DNA from: Blepharisma stoltei ATCC 30299
Taxonomy: Eukaryota > Protista > Ciliophora
NCBI GenBank assembly: GCA_965603825.1
Contig: CBFDEM010000047.1
Location: forward strand, 434,001 to 498,000
Direction of reading: 5' to 3'
Length of the DNA stretch: 64,000 nt
The translations under genes were made by a program, and so were the position numbers. The notes beneath the pieces were generated by a model, which made no database searches, was not told the DNA's origin, and worked only from the letters and a program-made list of their open reading frames with translations. Below, one piece after another: positions 1 through 12,869 of the stretch (position 1 is the stretch's first letter; every line of letters starts with the position of its first letter).

Positions 1-684
1 TTATTACTGATAATTGTAGTGATTTTTTCTTTAATAAATATTACTTATCTCTATGATAAATGTGCGGATTATTTGTACTATAGGCCTATGCTAATAAGAG
101 AGTTGATAAATCAGCAAATGCTTTATACAAGCTTGGATATATGGTCAACAGAATCTTCATGAGACAGTACTGGATATTTAACTGCATTTTTTTTCCCTAC
201 TATGTACCCTTTTGGTAGAAGTGTAGTTAAGTTTGAAGATGTCATATCAAAAATTGGAAATTCAGATAAGTTGATAAAAAGTGGATATTTTTCATCTATT
301 TTATCCAAAAAATTTTGGGAAATTTATTATGAAAATAATAATGATTATATTTCTGAATTCTTCGCTTTTGGAGTATACTCATCTAAGAAAATATTGGAAT
401 TTGATGGCTATCTTACAACAACTGCAACAGTCTCAATGGATCAATGATTATATATGATGTCAATTTCAAGGGAGCTAAATTCTTATTACAAAATCATTGT
501 TGACGAAATAGACGATTACTCAAAAGAACTGATTGACGATCAAATTACTATTATAATAGCAACTCTAGCTATTTTTATATTTTGCTTATTTGTGTTGTAT
601 TTCGGATTTTATTTGACGTTTTTCAGGAGTGAAAAGCAATATTTGCTGAAGATAGATTCAATCATAAAAATATTGCCTCAGTAA
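1..684 (+). CDS. 3' end of a membrane protein (partial; ciliate PAS/TmcB-like transmembrane family possible)
   Basis: Frame 1 is open from base 1 to TAA 682-684 when TGA=Trp, joining ORFs 202..447 and 454..684; hydrophobic helix near the C-terminus. Confidence 0.65.
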
Positions 685-1113
685 GAGTGTCTATTATTAA
701 AGACGCAAAATATAATAAATACAGCACATGCTTATAGTAGATTTTTAATTAAGACTTCTAAATATATGCAATCGTTATAGCTCTGGCTCATAATATTGAT
801 AAAATCCCTTAAATACATTTTTTAAATGTGCTCTGCTAGTAAAAGCTAATTATTATATCTCAATTAAATAAAGAGTACCAAAAATGAAACAAAGTATCAA
901 TGATATTGCTATGCGAACTTCAAAAATATAACATTTTATTTTTATTATGCTTACTGATTACTTTTGTTACTGTGCAGCCAGTTAACTGACTGCAAGTATT
1001 AGATAATTATGGCATTGATAAGATTTTGATTGCATTGCTCTCTAATCCGAGTGATCGATTTCTATTATGTATTTATATCAATATCTTTAAAGAAAATTAT
1101 TAATTTAATTGAG

Positions 1114-1884
1114 CTATCTTGCCATTTCGTAATATTTCTTGCAGGAATTTAAATTTCCGTTATTTAAATAACGATTATTATTACCTTTGTTGGTATTCTG
1201 AGAAAAATATATTTTGGAAGACTGCTGAGCTTCACATTCTTGCTTCAAGTTTTCCATATAATTTAATTCCACAAGTTTTTCAATATTATACCGTTGCTGC
1301 AATGCTATTTCTTTAAAAGTATCAGGGTCTATTCAATAATTAATATGATTTTTGCTTGTTATTGCGGAAACTCTAAACTTTTGTGAAGGAATCAATGAAA
1401 ACATTTGAGGAGATTTAGGTGAAACTGCTGAAAATAAAGAAAATATAACTAAAATTATAATTGGGAGAATCTGGATTATAGGCTTTCAATTAATTCGTTT
1501 CTGTGTTCGTCTTTGGAAATTATATGTTTTTTCCTTTGAAAAGTAATCAGAGAAAATATCTTGAAAATATTCATCAAAATCGGAAGATTCTTCTGGAGAG
1601 CTATTGATGTCTTTATGGCTGTCAACGCCAGTAAGGTTATAATTTTTGCGTTTTTCCTCGTCACTTAAGCATGAAAATGCTTTACTTAGCAGTTTAAAAG
1701 CTTCATCAGCTTTTGGGGATTGATTTTTATCAGGATGCAATTGCAATGCAAGTTTTTTGTAAGCCTTTTTGATCTCTTCTTTGGGGCAGGCAGGCTTTAC
1801 TCCTAAAATTGCATAGTAATTGTCTTGCTCAAGTATTTTTTTGCAAATTTTTTCTTGAGCTATATTTGTCTGACTACAGTTCAT
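1114..1884 (-). CDS. DnaJ protein, DNAJB12/14-like (J domain + TM + DUF1977-like tail), 256 aa
   Basis: J domain with HPD (LHPDKN); TGA 1486-1488 read as Trp continues into KPIIQILPIIILVIF and in frame into ORF 1114..1302; ends TAG. Confidence 0.9.
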
Positions 1885-2141
1885 ATTTAGAAAAACTATT
1901 TTTTATTTTTTGCGAAATCTTGTATATATTTTCTGTTAACGAATGTTTCTACTTGCATATCTATTAAAACCTTGTTTTAAATGTTAAAGATTACTTCACC
2001 TTTAAACTTAATAAAAACACTTATTATATCTTGCAAAACAACCTAACAGTTATTATCAAAGTTGTTTTTGGATGAGGTTTTTAAGTTAATATTTTTATTA
2101 CACTTTTTAATCAATAATTTTTTATTGTTTTCTTAATACAT

Positions 2142-5100
2142 TTATTCATTTTTAAACCTGTTAAAGACAATACTTTCACCAGCTGTATACAATGGCCTAA
2201 ACTCATTAAAGCTGTCAGACCTCTCTGCTACATCTTGCTCTGGGTCTAAAATTAAATAGCTCGTATTAGGCCGATAAACTGGAGTATTGGATTCACCAGG
2301 TTTTTCTAATCTTTGCAAATATAATTTTTCAATTTCTCTCAATTTCCCAGTATCAGCTGCCTTTTTTGTTCGCTTTTTCTTCCTTTTACCTAAGGCAGTC
2401 GTAGTCATTTGCCTTGATTCTCTATAAAAGCTAGTTAAGTCTTCATTGGGCATGTTAACTTGCGTTAAATCCATATTGTGGTAAATACTTGGCCTAGCAG
2501 GCGTCCAGTCTGAATTTTCGCTTTCTGATTTAAATGTATAATGAGGAGGAAGACTAAATTCTCTGGGAGAACTATATTTCTCTTTATCAATCATTGACAT
2601 AACAGAACCTAAAGTCTGTAAATTTCTATACTCAATGGCTTCTTCAGGCTCAGATGAAAAAATTAATGGCTTCAATGGCCTAGGAGGTTTTTTAGATTTA
2701 GGTGATTTTACATAGGGAACTGATGAGATCCACCCTGTTTTGTCAGGAATTAGGTTTTCTGGATTAAAATCATGGTCAAGTGGGCTCTCCAGTTTCGAAG
2801 GAAGCTTAGAAAGTTCTGATTTTCTTTCTAAATCAATTATTTTGGCTCCTCTAAAATCTCTTCTAACTGTTACTCTTGCATTGGTTTTCTTATGCTTCAA
2901 AGTAGCTATATGGACATCATCTTTATCAATAATAGTATCCGGAATATCATAATCATTCCTATCAATTTTATCCCCTTCTTTAATATTCCCTACCTCATTC
3001 ACCACTTTTGCACCATGAAATGTTTTTCTTATTTTCACATCTTCTCCAGTTTCATTATGCGTAACAATGACAACCTCAGGGTCAAATGGATCCGGATATG
3101 CATTGTGAAACGCAAAGTCGCTTTCATCTTTAACACTTTGGCCAATTAAATAATCATGTGGTAGTCTTGCTCTTTTTTCTAAATCTACTATTCTTGCTCC
3201 TTTGAAATTTCTCTTGACTCTGACTTTTTCTCCTTTATACGTGTATAAGGTTGCGAAATGGACGTCATCTTCGTCAATTATTGCGGACGACAAATCATAG
3301 TCAGCTATTTCGATTGGAGGTTTGTTCTTTAGTACTTTATTTTCTAAGTCTACAATTCTTGCACCTCTGAATCCTTTTTTAATGAAAAGACGCTCTCCTG
3401 TGACCTTATGAGGAATTATGACCACTTCGGGGTCGTTGCTATCAGCAAAAGCTCTTTCAAATTCTAATTCATCCTCTTCCTTAATTACCCCTAAACTATT
3501 GTTGGGTTGACCAAATAGCATATTAATTTTTTCTTCTTCTGAAAGCCCTTCGCTATTAGAAAAATCTTCTTTATTTGAAAGTCCATCTATTTCTTGATTT
3601 TCTGGCTCATTTTGGGTTGACTCTGCGTCAATTTTGTGTGAAAATTCTGGATTTTCATGATTTAAAGCTTCAAGTTTGCCACTGCTAGTTAACTCAAAGT
3701 CTTCTTTATATAAAGAAACGAAATCTTCATTATTTGGCTCAGTTTCTGTATATTCCTCTGAAGAAAGGTTATATTCAATTATTTTTGGTGGCTCTTCTTT
3801 AAGCTCTGTGAAGCGTGGCTCAAAAATTTTCATTGCTGGAGCTTTATACTCGGTTTTAGAATTTTGGAAATCCCCTTGAAGGATTGTGTCGTCTTCTCTC
3901 AAAAATGTCGATTCGTCAGATAAATAATTATTAGACATATGCAGTTTTTCTTCACCATATGGTTCATCTATTATAATAGGAGGCTTTGATATCTGGAATA
4001 TATTTGGATCTACCTTTATGTCTCGAGCTGAAACCATTGGATATGAGTTTCTTCTTTTATAATGATTATACAATTCATCATCTGTTTTTACTATAAAAGA
4101 CTTGCTTCTCCACCTTAACTTTTTCTTTTTGAATGGCAAAAACGCAGGCAAAATATCTTTAAAATCCACTTGTGGGAGAAATTTCACCATATTATTCAAC
4201 GTGTTATTAGGGCTTACAAGCTTTTGACCTTCTTGATTTGTGTCTCTAAATTCATTTTCCCATTCTTTTCTTAATAGTGACTGCTCCAATTTCTTCAAAT
4301 CAATAAAGATAAAAAATCCTAAAAATAGCGTAACTATGAAGGAATCTAAAGAAAACATGAACAGCCAGTCAGATATAGAATAATGGTTCATTAGTAAGAT
4401 TTGAGCTGTTATTATAGGGATAAATGTGCATAGCAAGCTCACATATCCAAATTTTATTAGCAGCTTATATAATTTCCACTTATTATCGAAATTGGCTTTA
4501 AAGCAATCTTTATTGAATAGCCCACAATAAATAATTCTGACACAATGAAACGATATAAAAGCCGATAAAAGAAGAGTTGCAGCTGAGGCTCCTCTATGAT
4601 TTTTCCTTCAATATCTAAAAGTTCCATCACTTCTGAAAATATTTTTAATATATTTCCATATAAAAATTTCATTGCACATATAATGGAAAAACAAAGCCCC
4701 AAGAATAAGAATGATTGCGATAGTTACTATTAAGCTGCTCTCAGTGCCAATTTCAAATAATCGTCTAGAATGGTCTCCTCCTTGATCAGGAATATAAGAG
4801 CACAAAAATATCCAAGAAGCGCATGATGAGACAGATCACACAGAAATTGCTGAAGGTACAAAGTTAACACCAATCGCTGTTAATTTAGTTATGCCTATAA
4901 TGCCTACTGAAATAAAAGTAACTCCAGTAAAAGGAAATGGTACCGTCCCTATGTCAAAGTTATCTGATGAAGTTGTATTGCTACAGTCTGAATTTTGACA
5001 TTTTATACAATAATTGTTGAAGTCTTGATAGCCATGAGGACATTTAGAAACACAGGTATTATTAAACAAAATTGTAGAATTGTCACAGCTTGTGCATTCA

Positions 5101-8100
5101 TCTATGTTGTTTTCGCACGTAAGGCATGATGAATCGCAATCAACACATGTTTTATCAATTGGAATTGTAGTCCCAGTTGGACATGATTTTGTACAGCCGC
5201 CATTATATACGAAATAAGCAGAATTTGCGCATTTTGTACAGTTAGAAGTCGAGTTATAGCAAGTTTTGCATTGAGATTGGCATGGAAGACATTGATAATT
5301 AGAAGTCGGGGTTGTTGTATAGCCATCTTCGCATGGAGTAATGCACAGATGTGAAGTCAGAACTTTAGGAGGGCTGCAAGATGTGCAGTTTGTAGATGAA
5401 TAATCGCATGTAAGACAACTCGAAGAGCACGATTGGCAAGAAGTGCCATAATAATACTGTCCATCTGGACATGGTGTAATGCAGTAGCCATTTCTTAATG
5501 AATAATTTGCATTGCAGGTTAAGCAATTGCTTGATGATGAACATTCATAGCAATTATCTGAGCATTTATAGCAAACATATGATGAACTGTAATAGTCTGT
5601 TGGGCAACTACCCACGCAAGTATTATTTAATAAGCTTCCTGTGCTGCAAGAAGTGCAATAGCTTGCTTTTCCTTCACATGTTTTGCAAGGCGTTGAGCAT
5701 GATTGACACTTCGATCCTACTTTATAAGTCCCATCAGGGCAGTTTTCATAGCAAGAGTTGCCAATTAGTATAGCATCATTATAGCATGATAAGCATTTTG
5801 TAGAGCTCGTTTCGCAAGTTTTGCATGTGGAATCGCATGCATTGCAGCTACTTCCGACTAAGTAATAATTATCGTTGCAAGATGTGCAACTGGTTTTCGT
5901 TCCTGAGCAGGTTTTGCAGCTCGTATCGCAGCTAACGCAAGTGTTTCCTACAAGAATTAGGCCATTAACACATGATGTGCATTTATCTATAGTTTCAATG
6001 CATGCACTGCAAGGGTAATTACAACTCACACAAGAGCCATTTATTAGAGATAATGGGGGTGAGCACGAAGTGCAAATGGTTGAGGTGCCTGAGCATTCGA
6101 GACAAGCAGTAGAGCATGCTTCACAAATAAGCCCGCTTTGATAACTGCCTGATGGACAATTATCATAGCATTTGCCTTTATAAGCAAAAAGTTGGGTATT
6201 GGTGACATTGCTAGGTTTGCATGTGTTACAATATACAGATGATAAACAGGTATTGCAAGGATATACACAAGGAAGGCATTTTGAAGAATCTAGATAATAT
6301 CCAGAATTGCAGATAGTTATTGGATCACACATCCCATTGTCATAAGAACATGACTCTGTAGCACAGGCTGGGTCGCACTGGCTATTTGCTAATAGAGCTT
6401 TAGTACAACCTTCAGCGCACATTAAAGTGCAGGCGCCTAAATTAGGCTCATAGCCACTAGGACATACAGACCAGCATTGATGATTATACAAATAAGTGGT
6501 AGAATTGCAGGCTGTGCATGTCGTTGTCGTTTGGGTACAAGTAGCACATGGGCTTTGGCAATTCTGGCAAGTATTTCCTACTGGTACCGTGCTTTTATCG
6601 AGACAGGAATTTATGCAGTTTCCTTGATAAAGATATAAACCATTCAAACAGCTAGTGCAATAATAAGTTTGCCCAGAGCAAGCACTGCAATTTCCTACAC
6701 AAGCTGTGCATTCATAACCACTCCCTATTGTAGTGTATCCTGTATCACATTTAGTTTGGCATGAAGACCCTTGCAGAACTTTTCCAGTAGGGCATGTTGT
6801 GCAGTAATCAAAAGTCCCTTTGCAAGTATCGCAGTTTGAGCTGCAGTCTTCACAGACATTACCTAGTTGCACTGTATAATCTGCTGGACATTCTTTTAAG
6901 CATTCGCCGTTATAAAGATATTTACTACTATTACAGCTAATGCAAGTATCTGTGGTTACAGCACATTCTTTACAAGAACTATTGCAGTCTACACAAATAA
7001 GGCCGCTCTTCAATGTCCCTTCTGGACAGTCACTATAGCAGTCGTTATTATATAGATATTGCTTAAGCCCTGCTATAGAGTTGCTTAGACAAGCTGTGCA
7101 AGTGGTTGCTGCTGAACATTCTTTGCAAGGGTATTCACAAGCTTGGCATGCACTTCCATCCCAGTATTTCCCAGACCCACAAGTACTTTGCACACAATCT
7201 CCATTATCTCAATTGCAATCCACTGTTTGACAGTCAGAATCACAAACTCCATTATTCAGCATGGCATCAGTGCAATTAGCAGAGCATTGGACAGGGGGCT
7301 CAATAATAGCACAAGTTCCTGTATTATTATAATACCCAGCAGGGCAGCTTGATAAGCATAATGAATTATATTTTACATACTGACTCGCACATAAACTGCA
7401 GCTTGTTGATCCAGAGCAGGCTATACAAGATGAAGGGCAGCTTTCACAAGTATTTCCATTAGGATAGCTCCCATCAGGGCAATTAGCTAAGCATTGGTGC
7501 TCATATAAGAATTTATCACTGGTGCAGCTTGTGCAGTAAGTAGTTGTCCCATAGCACTCATAGCACCCCTCACATTTGATGCATTTATTGCTGCTTGTCG
7601 AAGTAGTTGTATAGCCTGTATTGCATGAAGCTTGACATTTAGTTCCTTGTAAAACTTTTCCAGCTGGACACGCTGTGCAGGAATCATAAGTCACATTGCA
7701 ATATAAACAATTAGTGCTGCAATCTACGCAAGAATCCCCTACAACTATCGTTGTATCGCTAGGGCAGCTTGATATACAATTATTATTGTATAGATAATAG
7801 CCTGACTTGCAAGAAATACATGTGTTAGAGTTGCCTTGGCATTCAGAGCATTTGCTATTGCAATCTACGCAGGTAATTCCACTTTTCACAGTCCCAGAAG
7901 GGCATTTATCATAACAATAATAATCATAAATAAGTAATTGGACTCCTGTAGTAGAATTTGCCTTGCAAGATGTGCAGGTAGTTGGCCCAATGCAGTTGTT
8001 GCATGGATAGGAGCAATCTACGCATTGAGTTCCATCTTGATATTTTCCAAAAGAGCAGCTTCCTGCAGATAAGCAATTTCCATTATCATAATTGCAGTCA

Positions 8101-11100
8101 GTTGTATTGCAAATTGAATCACATGCAGAGTTTCCTAATAATGTCGATGTGCAGCCCACTGCGCAGTCACTGGCAGAAATAGGGATGCAATGGCCAGAAC
8201 TTGGCATATAATTTTCAGGACACGAAGAAACACACCAACTGCTAGTTGAGTCACTGTATAGATACATGTTCGTATAGCAAGCTGTACAGTTTGTAGTCGT
8301 TATGGAGCAGCTAAAGCAGTTTGTGTTGCATGCTAAGCATTGGTTGTTTGATAGTATGTAGCCTCCTTGGCAGCTGTCGACGCATGAGCCATTTTCTAAT
8401 ACTAAGCTTGAAGAGCAGGCTGTGCAAGTGTTTGGATCTGTTAAGCATTTAGCACAATTGCTGCTGCAAGATATACATAATGAACCACTTTGAATAGAAA
8501 TATCGGCTGGGCATTGAGAAACACAGCTATTTTGATATAAATATTTTCCATTTGGACAACTTTTGCAAGTATTTGTGGAGCCCGAGCATGTCAAGCATGT
8601 TGAATTGCAAGCTAAGCAGATCCCATCGCCAGGAATATAGGTGCCAGAGGGGCAGCTTGATACGCAAGAGCTCCCTAATAGATAATTTCCTGAATCACAA
8701 CTGGTACAAGCAGTTGCTGATGATGAGCATGTTGCACAAGTCTGATTGCAAGCAACGCATTCAACTCCATTCGAAAAATAGCCATCAGTGCAGTGATCTA
8801 CACAAGTTGTCCCTTCAAGCAGTTTATTTCCAAGGCATGAAGTACAATAAGCGGGCGCTCCAGAGCAGGTTTCACATGAGTTTATACAATCTTTACAACG
8901 GTTCAGTACTAAAACTGTTCAATAAGGGCATGGAGATACACATGAATAACCATAAAGATAGTAATTTGAAATGCATGTAGTACAATTTGAGGTTGTCAAT
9001 GAGCATGTATTGCATGGAGAATCACAAGGGTAGCAAACTCCATTGCTCTGGATATAATATCCTCCACCTGTGCAACTAGATACACATTTCCCAGATTGCA
9101 AGAGTAGCGGGGAATTGCATGATGTGCAGTAAGAAGCTGATTGTGAGCATTTCGAACAACTTGGAGAGCATGCATCGCACGTATATGAGGTGCTATTGGC
9201 AAAGGTGCTATCTGGGCATGTGACTGTACATGTTCCATCAGCATTCAGATATGTATTTGCCCCATAGTTTGGGGCTGATTTTTTTACCGTGCATGAAGTG
9301 CATACAGATGCGCTTGAGCAAGTGGCACATGGGTTTATACATGACAAACAAGTCAAGCCATCTCCATATTTACCACTTGGACAAGAGCTGCTGCAGGTAT
9401 TATCATAATAATAAGGATAAAGACCTGCAGAGTCACATGTCAAGCAGTATGTAGAATAGTCCTTGCAAGTTAGACAAATAGTATCGCAGTCGTCGCATTT
9501 CTTTGCGGGTGTTGTAATATTGTCGTATTGCCCATTAGGGCAATTTGCGTTGCAGGTGTTCCCATCTAAGTAAGGATATGATCCACTTGGATCACAAGAA
9601 GTGCAATAGTTTGGAGTGGTGAAGCAGGTATAGCAATTACTGTCACATGTAAAAGATGAGGTAACGTAAGTGCATTCATCAATTGAATAGCTACCTATTT
9701 TTGAGTATAATAGTCAAGCTGACGTAAGTATTTGCTTGTTAGGATTCGTTAAACCTGTGATAAGGATTGCAATCCTGCTAGCTGAAGTATATGAAGTGTC
9801 AAAACCACCAGTGGTTATTATTACTTTGCTTGCAACCACACATGTAAAACTTGAACTCAAAGTTATTGGGAGGCATGAAATAGACCCGGCTGAGAATTCA
9901 GCTGGAATTGTCAGCAAAATAGTTGTTCCTGATGGATGCACATTAAGAGGCGTATAGCTGATAGTATAATTTGTAGTTACCCCTATTCTGCTATCTGCAG
10001 CACTTATAACGATGTTTGTAATATTTCCTGGGGTTGTGGTAGTCACAGTTAGCCCATTCTCTTTTTTATCCATATAATATCCATCTGTTGTCATCGTGTA
10101 AATTGAGAATGAAGAAGTTGATTGGGTAGATGGAGGATTTGTGATTGGCGAAATTGAAAAACACAAAACGCTGCCACTTGATAAGGAACTTGACAAGCTT
10201 AATGTAGCCTGAACATCTGTAGAGTTCCCTGAGCAAGAAATTGATGTTATAACGCTGCTTATAGCAGAGCATGAAGGATTTGAAGGCGTTGCGATCTCAG
10301 CTGGGAATTTTACATCAACTACACATCCAGTTTCTGTGGGGTTTTTGATTGTTATGTTAAATGTATAAGTAGCTGGAGCTCCATTTACAAATGAATTCAT
10401 TGATATGCTAGCAGAACTAAGAGTATTTGCTGTAGTCATCTGCACATAAATTCCTGAACTTTTTGCATCAATAGCATATCCATTAGAATCAAAAGTCTCC
10501 ACATTAAACGATTGATATTTTCTTGTGGAAGGTGGGTTTATTATGAACCCCACCGAGAAGCTTAAAGTCCCAGGACTAAAGCTGCCAGTGTTAAATCCAT
10601 TGACTATTTTTATAGAGTTACTAGTGCAGGTACAAGAAAAACTGTTTGTATTGAATCCTGAAATTTTTGTACAGGAATTTTGAGCACTAGTAATATCTGA
10701 TATAGAAACTCCAGTAGGAAAAGTTACAGTTAAATATCCATTAGATGGGATGAGCGTGGTAGTGTTAATAGAAAAAGTATATGTAGATTTATCTCCAGTA
10801 ATAAAGGAATCTGGAGTTACTGTGGCAGATCTTAATTCTGCAGCTTGGGCTGTAAAAGTGACTCCAGTAGTTATTTGGTCTACAAGATAGCTAAAAGTAT
10901 TATCTGGTGATGAAGAAATAGCAAATGAGTCTGTCTTGTAAGTGGTAAGTGGATTTGTGATTTGATCGATCTCAAATTTTATGATCCCAGCTGAAAATCC
11001 TGATGGGAACCCGTCAGTAATATATAAAGTTTTTGATGAAACTGAGCAGCTCGCACTTGAAGAAAGCCCATACAAGTTAGAAAGGGTGCATGAAGTTTTA

Positions 11101-12599
11101 GTTCTTGCTGCGATTCCTACAGTTGATGGGAACACAATAGATAGCCCAGCTCCAGCTGGCAAGTTATGACTAACTACAAAATCAAATAAATAGGCAGTTG
11201 TTGCACCAACTATGTAAACTGAAGTGCTGATAAAAGGATTGGAGCCGTCTTGAGTTATTGACCCTGGGGTTGCTGTAAAAACACCTCCAGTTCCAATGTC
11301 AACTTGACTTAGCGTTGATGTCAAATGGCGCACTGAAAAAGTATCAGTTGGCTTGGTTGATGAGGGAGTTGTTATTGGGTTACATGAAATGCTCACAGTT
11401 CCACCCTGAGCATATGCTGTATAGCCATTGGTGATTCTTATAACATTTGTACTTACTAATGTGTACGAAAGCTGCTTTAAAGCAATTCCACTAGAGCCAG
11501 TCACAACCATTGAAGAAGTAAATCCAAGCTGACTAGGGAAGGTGATTTCTATTATATCATTTGCCGCAAATGGGTTAGTAACAGTAAAAGCGATGACGTT
11601 AAACTGGGTGCTTGTACTTACCGTTTTGCTTACCGCTGATATATATGAGTCAGCAATGGTTATAGTATTTGGGTCAGATGCAGCTACCAATATTGTATTT
11701 GTGCTGGACTCATAAATCCCTCCATAAGAGTCTTTTAAATTAAAAACAAACCCTGAAAACCCAGTTGGGCTAGGTGGATTGTAGCATAAAGTTACATTAA
11801 ATCTCACTTCACCTGTTTTTGTTGACGAAAATCCATTTTTAACTGTCAAAGCTTTATTTGTGCTATCAAATGAGCATGAAATAGCTGAATCTATATTAGA
11901 AACAGCACTGCAAGCTGGACTTGCTGTCCTTATGATTTGCCTAATATTTGTTCCTGCTGCTAAAAGATACTCATTTCAAGATGGAAAAGTTATATAAATT
12001 ATGCTTCCTGATGGAGACTCAAACTGAGGGGTATATATAAAAGTTCATGTACTTTGTGCTCCAATTATTGTGCTGGCCGGAAAAATAGAGGCTGCATTCA
12101 TCGATACAGAAGTAGCCTGGATAGCTAAATTTGTATCATTTGGATCTGATGTGTCAATGACACTTCCAGAACTTGATAGTGTTGTAATTAAAATTGAAGA
12201 TGTTTGAGTTGTTGATTTAGGATTTGTAATGCTTCCTAGCACCACTTGAAATGGAAGAATGCTTCCTTGTGGGATTGATCCGCTTGCGAAAAAATTATAA
12301 ATTGTGATGACTCGATTGGCGGAAGAGCAATACGCTGTAGAAGAGGTTCCATACAAATTTGACAAAGTGCATGAATAATTAGAGCTGTCTGAGATCGTAA
12401 CTTCACTAGGAAAGCTCAATGTAACAACCGAATCGCTTGGAGTTGCTGATGCTAATTGAAAGCTTATTGTATATGTTGCAGATGATCTGACTGTGGTTGG
12501 AGAGATGCCAAGAGCATCTGTTGAAAGAATTGTTCCACCTAGATAAATTTTACCTTTGGCAACATTGAGGAGTAAAATTCATAAAATTAGAATTTTCAT
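2142..12599 (-). CDS. Giant (~3,480 aa) surface protein: signal peptide, S/T-rich beta-repeat region, furin-like CxxC repeats with 3 LNR repeats, ~6 TM, long cytoplasmic tail
   Basis: Seven listed ORFs are one frame joined by 8 in-frame TGA codons; starts MKILILWILLLNVAKG at 12599, ends TAA 2142-2144. Confidence 0.9.
12539..12553 (-). other. Candidate 15-nt intron (stop-free, in frame)
   Basis: GTAAAATTTATCTAG, A at position 10, directly after the signal peptide; not required by frame. Confidence 0.6.
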
Positions 12600-12869
12600 T
12601 TAAATTTTATAATTATCAACTTTTATAAATAAAGAAAATTCAATATACTTATAATATCAATAATTCACATTCTATACCTTATGAAATTCCTTTACCCATT
12701 ATAAATCATTACGCTTAATAAAGCCAGATTTTAATGATTTTATAAATTAAGCATCCCAGACTGTTAATTTTTTGTCATAGTAGACTTAGCTATTGCTATC
12801 TAGAAATAGGCAATATATTTCTATAAGGTGTAAAATATTTTAAGCATTTATATTTTCTAATAGATTAAA

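Noticed and set aside
2040-2050. Telomere-like CCTAACA
   Set aside because: Single partial unit, expected by chance
4836-9716. UGA as Cys or Sec in the Cys-rich protein
   Set aside because: TGA positions do not match the Cys pattern and align with aromatic residues in sister repeats
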